Shown here: positions 1 to 11,367 of the stretch, one piece after another
Layout: every line of letters begins with the position of its first letter
Position numbering within the stretch: the first letter of the stretch is position 1
Source: Vermamoeba vermiformis
Taxonomy: Eukaryota
Reading direction: 5' to 3'
Assembly: GCA_045837725.1 (NCBI GenBank)
Contig: JBEWZL010000216.1
Coordinates: forward strand, 310,001 to 374,000
DNA length: 64,000 bases
The notes under the pieces: generated by a model
Told to the model about the DNA's origin: nothing
Seen by the model: only the letters and a program-made list of their open reading frames with translations
Database searches by the model: none
Program-made: the position numbers and the translations under genes

Positions 1-2377
1 TGCTTGTTGATAATCTCACGCTTGATGAACTACACGGACACGCGTTAATCAATGCTGTCACATTTAGATTCATGAAAAATAAACTTACTTCCATATTTGG
101 CGAATCAAAGTCGATGGTGCTGTTGCGGTGGCTGTTCACGTTCTCTTCACTGAACGGATTGCCGTAGGTCTCGTATTGCACGGCAAAGGCAATCTTGCGT
201 TTCTTGGTCGGATTGTTGTTGTTGGTCTTGTTCTTGGCCGCATTGTACGTGTCTTCAAGGAAGCTCAACACTTCTTTCACGTCTTTGTACGTGAAGTTCG
301 AGGGAAGCTGTGTCTTTTCCCACAATTCGTTCGTGAGGTGCTTGCCGAGCTCTTCCATGTGCTCCTTGTGGAAGGCCATAAAGTACGTCGTGCTTTGTTT
401 CTTGAGCATGGTGCGCAAGCCGTGTGCAGAACTTTGACTGAATTCTTCACCGATCTCAATGAACTGCGTGGTCGCGTCCAAAACTTGCAAGAATCGATCG
501 ATCTAATAGTGTTAACAAGTTATTAATAGCATGATATAAAGATCGATATAAGCTGTAAACTTACGGTGAGCGAATCAATTTTCGTGTTCTCAAACACGAT
601 TTTGATTGTCGTTTGCATTTCTTCCCAGATTGACTTTGTGTTGTTCATCAAACCTTGCTTAATGTCCGTGAAGAATTTGCTCTTTTCTCCTTTACTATAG
701 ACCACAAGGTAAGTACGAAGGCATATTGAAGGGTCGTATTAAACACTTACAGGTCGTATTGTTTGTGCCAAAAGAGCATAGAGTGATGAGTGTACATCAA
801 ATCGCACATATTCTCAAATAACTTATATATACACGGCACGATTTGACTGTCTGTCAACTTTTTGCAAAGCTTCACGAACTTGTCCCTGAGGTTTGGATCT
901 GGTTAGATCTGACACGAGGTGGTGCATCACAAGTGTATATATTACTTTACCTTTTCAAGCCTTCGATTGTCACTTTTGAATCTCGCAGTGATCGATGAGC
1001 AAAAACAGCGACTACATTACGAGAGGTGAGTTCAATGACTGCGGTGAAATTCTTTTGGATCTTCTCGAACACACGAATGTTCTTGCGCAACAAGTTGTAA
1101 CTATTGTGTATACGTTAGTAATACTCTTAAATGTGATAATATGAATGGTACGTACGCTACAAGTACTCGCTCGTATTCTTGCGGTTCGAACTTCTTCATG
1201 CAACAGTCCATTAAGGCGCTATCAATCTTCTGTACTAAATTGTCATATTCGTCCTAAGATATTGTCATTAGTATTAAGGTCCCACCTCGTACAATGATAC
1301 TAGCTTATATTACCTGAATGACTTTTCTCATGCCAGCCACGCACGTGAATTGAGCGTACATGTGCGCGGTACTCTGGGCATCGAGACACATTTGAATAGC
1401 GCGAGGGAAATCTCTGGACTCAATCGTCTTCTTCAATTCGTCCTTCTTTTGCAACAGATTCTTGATTTGTTCGACGTAGTTCAACACGTCCTGACCATTC
1501 AATTAGCACATGCATACAACGACACGACAAACGTTCACAGGACTATTAAACACTATTGCGATGTATACTACTCGGCCGTACTTACATTCACTTCACTTCG
1601 TCGTCGGTGCAAGCCAGAGATGGTCAGGCCACCAATGGCAAGTTCATTGTTTGCATTTTTGAGGTCGTATCTTGTGGACCGACAAGTCATCTTAGTATTA
1701 TTCAAATCCTGTTCTAATTCTTGAATTTTGCGCATAGCCTCCACTAATAATAATGAGATATTAATATAACGGACGAGGTCAATATACTATAATAAAAAAT
1801 ATTCGTGCCAAGTGCGATCCAACACGTAATGAAAACTCGCTAATGAAGCGTGTGTACTTACTGAATGAATCATAACTGTCCAATACTTTTTGTGATAACT
1901 TGTTTGTAAGAGCTTCTAATTGCCGTTCTCGTTCTGAAACAATTTTGGGGACCGCATTCAGATCTTCTCCGACTACTTGCCAAACGTAGCTCATCACGTC
2001 AAAATTCTCCAAAAAGAATCTCTTATCGATAGTATTGATAACATCTTCGTCAGTTTTGGGCTAAGCATAATAAAATTAGCGTTCGGTGCGCGATCTCGAT
2101 AATTTTCAAGCTGAAGATTCCTCTCGTGTAAATATCGCAAAAAATATATTAAAATATTATTTATGTTATATACGGACTAAATAATAAGGTCTGAATGCTG
2201 TTTGATATTTAATAATTATTTTCCGAATTATCCGTTGTATTGAATGATTTATTCAATTCTAACTGACTCCATTATATTTACCCTATCATCCAATACTGGT
2301 GGTGTTTGTTGAGGAGTATTACCACCTGCTTGAGCATTTGGATTTGCTGCAGGATTGGCCTGCACTGGATTGCTCAT
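1..2377 (-). CDS. VPS50: VPS50/syndetin (EARP subunit)-like protein, multi-exon, runs off the window start
   Basis: ATG at 2377. Spliced exons give ENFDVMSYVW...LTNKLSQKVLDSYDSF, IESRDFPRAIQMCLD, KLFENMCDLMYTHHSMLFWH and DIKQGLMNNTKSIWEEMQ, resembling the Vps54_N/syndetin N-terminal region. Introns are GT-AG. Confidence 0.75.
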
Positions 2378-2595
2378 TCTTCACAATATATTTACAGAGG
2401 AACAAGTAATGAGCTGATATATACACTGCACCAGTGGAATATTCTATGGTGAATCTACAATAATGCACATTCAGCAAAAAAAATCACGTCAGATCAAAAC
2501 GAGCAAAATTTCCGTTAGAAATTATTATTTGAAACCGCGTGATATGAAAACAATGAAAAGGTAACCATAAAAGACTCGTGCAAAATATCAGTAGT

Positions 2596-4492
2596 ATGGA
2601 GAAGAATAAGAAGGCGACAATAAAGGTCTTGCAAGGAAACGGTAAGAACGAGCCCATCTGACGTCAGAGGCCGACATCTCGAACCAAATTCAGTAAATTA
2701 ATCAGATAATGGTATAGGACTACATATGAACCGTACTGAAGAATTTAAAAAATATCGCGAGGATTCTAGCAAGCAGAGAATTCAAGAATTATCGCAAAAA
2801 TTGGATTTGTTAACCAAGCTACAAGTAAGGAATATAAAACTATGCACAATAATATCCAACCATTTTATTAACGTGCATCATTAATTTTAGCCTTCCACAC
2901 CTGCACAGAACGGATTTGTAAAATTTTTGGGAACTATCAGCGGATCCAGTAAGTTGTCTTGATGATTATTACGTGCAATATAATTACAATATTATGAAAT
3001 ACTCCATATTTAATTATTTGAAAAATTACTGATTTTCGAATTTCAGCCGCGTGTGCTAAGTGCGGTAAATCATTTGCCAGATCTCGCTGCGTGGTCTGCG
3101 AGAAGACATTTTGTGCTAGTTGTATTATAGACAAGAGTGAGATTAGAGAGCATATTAATATCAAGCCTGATGAACGTAAGTACCAGACTCAAATCCGGAT
3201 CTTGCTTGATCGGGATCCAAATGCGTTATATACGTGACTAATCGCATTAAAAGCTCATTAGGATAATATAATACCACTATTTTAAATGAAATAATTGATT
3301 TTGCTATTTTGTAACGGATCTAATGCATAATTTTTTAGCATTACAAGCCTGCGAGAAGTGCTCGGAAATATTGAATCACCAACATTCAGTCGAGTACAAG
3401 CGCATGTTGAATGAGAGCAAAGACCAGTCCGTATTAAACCACTTGCACCTCCAGGCTCACACGCAGAAGCACAACATCGACAAGTTGTTGCCGCAGTACG
3501 AGTACCTCGTCAATAGCATTGTGGAGACGAGATTGGGCGTTAAAGAGGAGGAAGAGTCTTTTGGACGAGCTTATGAGGTAAATACAACTCAATTTTTAGA
3601 GGAAATTTTAAACCGGATGTGGCTCGATTTAAATTTGTACTGATACGTTGTTTAATAGGAAGTCAAATTGAAGGAGAGACACCTCATGGAACATTTTAAG
3701 CAAATGCAAGCCGATATTAAAGAATTTTCAACGCTTGAAGTGGAAGAAGGACGAGAAGCGAAGATCTTGAGCAACATTAAAACAGCTTTTGCTGACTACC
3801 TGCACAGTAGCATGGTCACATTTAAACGTATTAAGGCCGTAAGTATTGATATATAATACTCTAAAATCGTTGTTACTGACGCGGATGTGTTTTCAGAAAA
3901 TTAGTCGCTTGGAACTTAAAGTCGTTGAAGAAGTGTTTCTGACCATCGCTAAAGTATATGAAGAGACTAAGACTCGAGAAGAATTCACTGCTGTATTTGG
4001 CAAGCTATTATTAGACTGCGTTCGAATTGTAAGTCTGAAACTTTTTGGATCGGATTTGAAACAATTCAAAAAATGCTAATTAACGTTTGAATATAGATAA
4101 AGAGAGATCTACAAGACACAGTTCTTAATTGCGGCGAAGATTGGACCAAATACGTCGCTTCATTAGGTCAAAATATGAGTGATTTTGAAAAGAACGATGA
4201 CGGCAAAGAAATTGTCTTGGCTGTGAAGCTGTTGGAGTCCTCGGCGACATTATCTGAAGGCACTCTTATAAGAAAAATCACTAAAATGACCAAAGATTTG
4301 TCACAAAAGTTGCGAACAAGGTAAGCAGATCTCGATCGAAAAAAACGAATCCGTTCAATTTCGATTTAAATGACTTTTTATTGATTGCTTTGCTTATATA
4401 GGAACCTCTTATTCCCTCAGACCTTAAAAGCGCTTGATTTCTTGCACAAAGTCATGTCGGACACGTACAGAAAACAGACTGAGTGGAGTTAA
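2596..4492 (+). CDS. FYVE-type zinc finger protein, rabenosyn-5/Vac1-like
   Basis: Exons encode MNRTEEFKKYRE, then CAKCGKSFARSRCVVCEKTFCASC...ACEKC (8 Cys with FYVE-like spacing), then helical/coiled-coil exons ending at TAA 4490-4492. Confidence 0.55.
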
Positions 4493-4723
4493 CACTAGTG
4501 AGCTAGATCTAGCTTGTACTTTATGTAAATAAATGCGCGATGCTTGTAATAAATAATATTGTGCGTTCAGTTCAGAATTCTTATTCACAAAGGACCTGGA
4601 TCTGGGAGATTTTCACGAGATATTTTTAAAATTGAAAATCAAATGACCAAGCAGCATAAATGATCACGGCCTATACCATTAATTTATATGTACAGCTAAG
4701 ATATTTACATCAATTTTAATCGT

Positions 4724-5125
4724 TCAATGAATGCTCCTTAGTCCTTGCCGGCACCAAATACTAAATGTTACGACTGCGCCGATAATCATAATACCTCCCA
4801 CTCCGATTAATACAGCTCCTGCTATTATCATCGCTAAAAAAATAATATGTTGTAGATCGAATTGAATACTAAAGCTAATCAAAGACTTACGTTGTCCGTT
4901 AGCGAGTACGAGAATGGGTACACCAGCAGCGAACAATATGAGCAAGCCTAAGGCTGCTGTGCCGTACACGAGGTACACTTGAGTGGCGTTCTGTGGCTCG
5001 CAACGGCCCATCGTTAATTGGTAATAACTTCGAATCTCATTCGCGCCATTTTTTAGTTCCCGCAAGATCTTGGAACACTTTTTTTTCTCTTTTGTTGGAT
5101 ACCACACGACGGCATTCGCCAACAT
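4724..5125 (-). CDS. Small membrane protein with two hydrophobic helices; 5' end unclear, possibly degenerate
   Basis: ORF with two TM-like segments and a probable intron at about 4834-4890. The upstream exon candidate contains a stop in the joining frame. Confidence 0.35.
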   Translation of the reverse strand: MLANAVVWYPTKEKKKCSKILRELKNGANEIRSYYQLTMGRCEPQNATQVYLVYGTAALGLLILFAAGVPILVLANGQRKSLISFSIQFDLQHIIFLAMIIAGAVLIGVGGIMIIGAVVTFSIWCRQGLRSIH

Positions 5126-5226
5126 TCTGTAATTGAGATCGGTTTATAAAGAATGTAAATTCAAACTTTACTTACTGGGTCACGGTTCTCTACACGTGAA
5201 GAAGTATTTCATTAATTTTAATAATA

Positions 5227-7629
5227 ATGAAGAAAAACGCTCGAGGTAATTTTTAACGATAAAATACTTGTCTCAATTAATTAATGTTTCGAAATAATGT
5301 TTATTTTCAATCAAATTAAATTAGCTGCTTACGTTTATTGGTAGATTAATCGCTAAATCTTCAGTCAAATTGATGATAATAATTAACGAATTAATTGATA
5401 TAGATACAAGTTTTACGACCTACTCCAAAAAGTCGGTCCTAGAGTGGACGATTGACGAAGTGGTGAATTACGCGCAAAAAGTCTTGGGCTTTGCAGAAAA
5501 TGACGTTGAAGTTCTGATCGACGAACAGTTCAGCGGTCGTAGGCTCATACGCCTTCTTAGCTTTGATGTACTCAGGTCGTATGGTTTTTCTGGAGGTGCT
5601 GCAGTCGATCTGTGGACTGAGATCGAGTTCGAAAAAAAGAAGTCTCTCCCGGAACCAGGTCTATATACTATGGAAGTCAAACGTTCTCCTAACATATTCG
5701 CCGATCAACGACAATTGACTCCTACCCACCTCCTCAATGAGCAAGGCAACTTTAGATCTAACACTTCTCGCAAGCGAAAACTCAACTTGGAGGGGGAAAG
5801 AGACGAGAATTACTCGGCCAAGAAACCTCGCCTTGAACAGGTCAAAGTAAACAGAAGAACGTCTTCGCTTATTGGGCGCGACAAAGAGATGGCTAGAATC
5901 TACCGCTGCATCGAAGAAAATATAGTAACGTTTTATACTCGCCCAAGTACGATTATCATCAGTGGTCCAAGCGGGATAGGAAAAACCTGTCTGGCACTGC
6001 ACGTTGCTCAATCAGCAATATTTGATTTGTGTTTGACGACAACGATCACGCCAAGTTGCAAATTGTTGGCACACGAGATTTTTAACGATAAGAACGCTAC
6101 AACAGTTGAAACCGCTCTGGAAAATTGGATATTACCGCATATTCCGGCTGGAGAGCACGAAAAGAAAATGAAAGTAGCAATTTATGTCGATGAAATTCAG
6201 AACTTAGCTGTGAAAGAATTGGACTCCCTACGAGCGGGAATAATGCGCTTTATACTCAGACAAAAAGATGAAATTGCCATTCAGCTCATCGTCAGCGGTG
6301 TAGCGGCCGCATTTTTGCCCGTGGATCTAACACCGAATATTAACGGAGCAGACATCGATGTAAGCAGTGGCGGATTTGATGTTTTCAACCTCCAACCTCT
6401 CGATATGGAAGATAGTGCGAAGCTGTTGACAGAATTTCTCAAGTTAGAAGGTCGTTACATCAATTTTTCTGCGATTGTCGGTCAACCTGCTGTGCAACAA
6501 GCCTTGCAATGGGCTGGTATGTATCGTTAGGTGAACCGTTTACCTCGCGTAATGAGTAGTAAAATACTGATATTATTTGCTTGGATTAGGAGGCAACGGA
6601 CGTTTGATAGAATTCGTTGCAGCTAAAGCAACTCGAGAAAATGATTTTCAAACACTGCATGACCAGGTCATCTGGGCATACAAACACGCCTACCCCTCCA
6701 GATTCAAGTTCAATATCAGTACCTATGCATGTCTTATCAATGCCTGCCTTGCTCAGATTCCTGTCGAGTTTGACAGTTCGTTGAAGTCGAAAAAAGTAAC
6801 TATTTGTTCTTCCTCTGAAAAAAATTAGCTGGCGACTAACACCTTTTTAGTACGGCGAATCTGTACTTGTCAGCAAACTGATCAAAAGTGGCATTGTGGG
6901 GTTCAACGCATTGAAGGGCGCAGATGCCAATTACTATCGAGACGATGTTGTCGGCTACTTATCGGTACCGCTCTTCGAGCTGCATTGCTTCAGAAAATTA
7001 TTGAAATTCCCGTTAAATTACCGATTTCTTGAACCAAAATCAAAGTGGACTGGGAGCGATTTTGAGGTTTGTTACAATAACAAATAATACTAATAATCAC
7101 AAATCGCTAATTGATTGCTTTCGTAGTGGTTTGTTGGGGAGTTGATGACATGCAGATTAAACGCTTTACATGATTTACAAAAGGAAAGTATAACGCTCAG
7201 AGAATTCTTTGGAGAATTCCTTAGAATGCCTTCCGAGCTCGAACAAACTCCGATTCAATTATCAACGTTCAAATACATTGAACTGAACGGTCACCACAAG
7301 ACAGCACGAGATATTAATACCGCTCTGCCTGAAGAAAGCTTTGTCGTCGTTAGAAATGGTGACAAGGCCCAGTCTTGGGATGTAGCGGTCTATGTAAAGT
7401 TGGCGGTGCAAATCAAACATACCTGCAAAGATGACGGCGGTACGGCAGTAACCATGGAGGTCATTCGCGAAGAACGGAAAAAAGTACCAAGCGAAATTCC
7501 GCTTTTGTTCATCACCAATCGGCTTACCAAGACCAAGGATCACGAGGAGCTCAAAAACACATCGTGGTGCTGAAAGACGATTTGCCCCACTTGCTCGGAA
7601 TTTTCAAATCTTATCAATTCACTGAATAA
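5227..7629 (+). CDS. Crinkler/RHS-like effector: SAM-like header, P-loop NTPase and PD-(D/E)XK-type nuclease; possible frameshift near the 3' end
   Basis: SAM-like WTIDEVVNY...FSGRRLIRL...LRSYGFSGGAAVDLW; Walker A GPSGIGKT; Walker B IYVDEIQ; GGNGR across an intron; C-terminal SWDVAVYVKLAVQIKH (D...QxK). Confidence 0.65.
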
Positions 7630-7962
7630 AGAGCTATGAATGATATATTTAGCAGTAAATACAAGCTCGTAATCTCGAGTTCTGGTTCTGGCACTTAAGT
7701 AAAGAACTATCCGACTCGTGCGATATTTCTACTACGTCGTTATTAGGGAGATAGGAGGTTTGCTAACACCCTGGTCTTTACTGAACGAATACATAATTAT
7801 TGACTTGCAGTTATGGTTCTGACGAAAATTGTTGCAAAGTAAATCGCGCAGAGGTTTTCCAGCCCGAAAAATCTGATCGCAGTCAAACATTCGATTGATT
7901 GTGTCATACACAAATACAGTATTTATTTTTATTAATTGTACATATTTTATGACGCGCTAGCA

Positions 7963-9763
7963 ATGCCTCGCCAAATTCAAGTGAGTTTATCACGTTTTAC
8001 ATTTATGCAATCCAGATCTGACACCCATTAATTAAATTTTTTTTTCTATTTTAATAAATATTTAATTTAACACTAGTAAGCGTTTTTGGGCTGCAGATCT
8101 ATCGAATTAAAAAATTAATTAATATTTATTATTTTTAGGTATTTCTGCCAACAGATAACGATTTCAAAGAGCAGCGAGAGCGCGTTAGAAATTTTTTGCG
8201 CTATCATCCCAACGTGCATTCATTTTCAGTTTTTACTGGCGAAGATCACGTGTTATTTATCTTCAGAACACCAGATAGTAAAGTCAAATCAGTGATAGGT
8301 TCATTATCGGACCTCGGTGTGGGCAGAGACTATGGCGTGATCGATATTATTCAATTACAAGCCACAAAACCATTACTTACGAAAAAAAGCAAGCATAAAC
8401 GCGAATACAGGTACTTAATTCAATCTATATTTAGTAATAATATTTATATTATTATATTATAATATTATTGGAAAGCTTATTTGCCGTTTAATTTTTCTGT
8501 CAAAAGTAAGAAGTTTCGGATGTCTTTTCGTGCGGTTGAATTTGTGAATTCTTTGAACTTTAAACGCTTGATATTAGCAAATGTTAATATTAACTGAATA
8601 GAAATAACACTATGTAATATTATAGGACGGGCGATCGAATGACAGTCGAAGAAATATACAATATTGTGGATAGTCAGCTACATCTGACGTTCGACTACTT
8701 AGTTTATACAGTTCTCGCGTCTATAATAGCAGCAGTAGGCCTAGCAACTGATAGTGCTGTCACTGTCGTCGCATCGATGATTGTAGATCCGTTCATGGGT
8801 CCTATTTTGGGCATCACTTTTGGAACTTGCATTCATGACAAAACTATGTTCAAAAAGAGCTTGAGAAATGAGGTAAGTAATATATTAATAATATTATATT
8901 ACGAATAAGACTATACGAATGTATTTTAACAAAATTTTTATTTGGTGATCCGGATCTAATTAATTTTTCTAGTTAATTGGTGTATCGTTTGCGTTCCTTA
9001 TTGGCTGCATGATCGGAATAATACCAGCTATTGTTCCGCTGTCCAAAGAAGGCTCATTGGTGGAATGGGGCAATCAAGAAATGATGTCGCGAGGAATATT
9101 ACCGAGTTTGTGGACTGGCATCTTAATCGCCATTCCGTGCGGTATGTAACATTAATATATGTCATATTGATACCTATATTAATCCCTATTTAGGTGCTGG
9201 AGCTGCGTTATCAGTTACTCAAGGCGGATCCCTTACAATTATTGGAATTGCCATTTCAGCTGCATTACTGCCACCTGTAATATTAATCATATATAATATG
9301 TATATACATATTAATGAGCTATTAGGTGGTAAATTCAGGCATGAATGTGACTTATGGACTGTTAGCACTCTTCGTAGAAGGGATCCCAGCTAAAGATGGC
9401 TGGATATGGCTTAGTGTCGCGATGTATAGCTTCTTATTGTTCGTGGTTAACTTGGTGTTTATTTATATAACTGGCATAGTATTCTTCAAGGTACGTAACT
9501 TAAAATCACCTCGTGGTACATCCGATCGAAAACCAATTTTTTTAGAAGTCATTTAAATTAGTTGTACTAACCGTATATTTATATAGATTAAGAAGATAGG
9601 ACCAATGGATACTCAGAAAAAGAAGAAACTTCAAGACTATGACGCTGTAACGTACGGCAAAGTTCGCGCATCCACCGTAAGACCAATCAACGATGAAGCG
9701 GATGACGACGAGACGTTAAATCTAATTGTTAATAACGAGGAGTTAACATCTCCGGTTACGTAG
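7963..9763 (+). CDS. DUF389 family multi-pass membrane protein
   Basis: LASIIAAVGLATDSAVTVVASMIVDPFMGPILG and IGIAISAALLPP/VVNSG motifs typical of DUF389; about 7 exons. Confidence 0.8.
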
Positions 9764-9864
9764 TAAATGCCTTGCGAAACAAAAAGAAATTAATTACTAC
9801 ATCCAAAATTTCCGCGCGAACAAAATTTGTTGCAATACAATTTTTCATTTAAGAATAGTATAAG

Positions 9865-11042
9865 ATGGATAAAAGCAAGCAAGAAGAAAATAATCCATTT
9901 AGTTTCTTTAAATATGACAAGTCATTGGACGAAGAAGACGATCTAGATCTGCACGAAGATGATCAGTCTTCAGTGGTTATTACAAAGCCTAAAGAACCTA
10001 CAAATAATATAACAGATAAAAAGAGTGATGAGAAGAGTAAAGATAATCCATATTCAATATTTGCTTATTTAGAAAATTCACCGGCAAAATCAAATCCAAC
10101 CTCCACGGCACCAAAAAAATATAAAAATACTCTTAGCGATGATGATAATCTTAGTGATGATTTTTCGGATGAAGAAGGAGACTCAGGTAATTATTGAATA
10201 TTTTTTAATTCAATTTTATTTTCGAATTTTCCAACTCGCAAGATTTTACGTAATACTTCACTATAATATTATTAATCATATTTAATAGTGCCTAGTGTCG
10301 CTATTAAACCCAATCCCAGTCCAAAATCAGACAATAAAATTTCAGTGCCAAGTGTCGTCGTCAGGCCAGACGATACAGCGCTAAATAATCACGATATGGA
10401 CGAAGATTTGGACGATGATGACGATGAATTGGATTTAAAAGCAGAAAATACTGCGTTAAAACAACGTATAAATAAGATGAGTGATGTCTATTTTACTGTC
10501 AAAGCTCGTGCTGAAGAAGTTGAAAAGAAAAACAAAGAATACAAACAGAAATTAGATAGTGCTTTGACGCAGTTACAAAAATATCAAGAGAAAGAAAAAA
10601 AAGTAAGCAAAGATCCGTGAAAAAATTGGCACTTGTCAAAGATATTTTTTTTTGAAAGTCTAATTATTATTTCCAGGAAGAAAAAGAGTTAGAAACAGCG
10701 TTGAAATTAATCGAAGCGACATTAGCAACGACAAAAGCGCGTGCAGAACAAGCCGAGGCCGACAAAATTAAATTAATGGCGCAAGTCCAGCAGTTAACGG
10801 AACAACTTAACAACGTTAATATTCAACGGCAACGCATGGCTGAAGAAATGGATTGGAAGACAATTAAAGAAAAATCAAAATTAGCTGCGGATGTCGTTAA
10901 AAAGACTACATCAACGGCACGAGAGAACTTGAAAAATTTGATCCAGGGCTTGAAATCAGTCGAAGAACTCGCGGAGATATTAAATACGATGGACAAAGTG
11001 TCGGAAGTGTACAGTAGTAATCAAATGAATAGGCCCGAGTAA
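9865..11042 (+). CDS. ENTR1/SDCCAG3-like endosomal coiled-coil protein
   Basis: N-terminal EENNPFSFFKY and DNPYSIFAY motifs, acidic linkers, and a C-terminal coiled coil (TKARAEQAE...LAEILNTMDKVSE); 3 exons. Confidence 0.55.
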
Positions 11043-11367
11043 ATTGACTTAAATCGTTCTCTGTGGCTAAATTCAGACTGCAATCATCTCCTGCGTGCTA
11101 TGAATGCACTACAATTACTCAGTTCTGTACGACCACGAGTAGTAGCGAGATTCAACTGGTTCACGATTAAAGTTACTCTTGATCCAAATTGGATAGGATC
11201 CTAAAAAACGTTGTACGTTCGGAATTCAATTCAACTATTATTAAACGAACAAGGGCAAGCAAATCTCACTTCGAACGCGCCGAGGTAGTGAGATAGTATT
11301 TTTATATAAACAAATAACTCTATTGGCATTAGATACGAGATTACACATACAACAAATCAGCTCTAGT

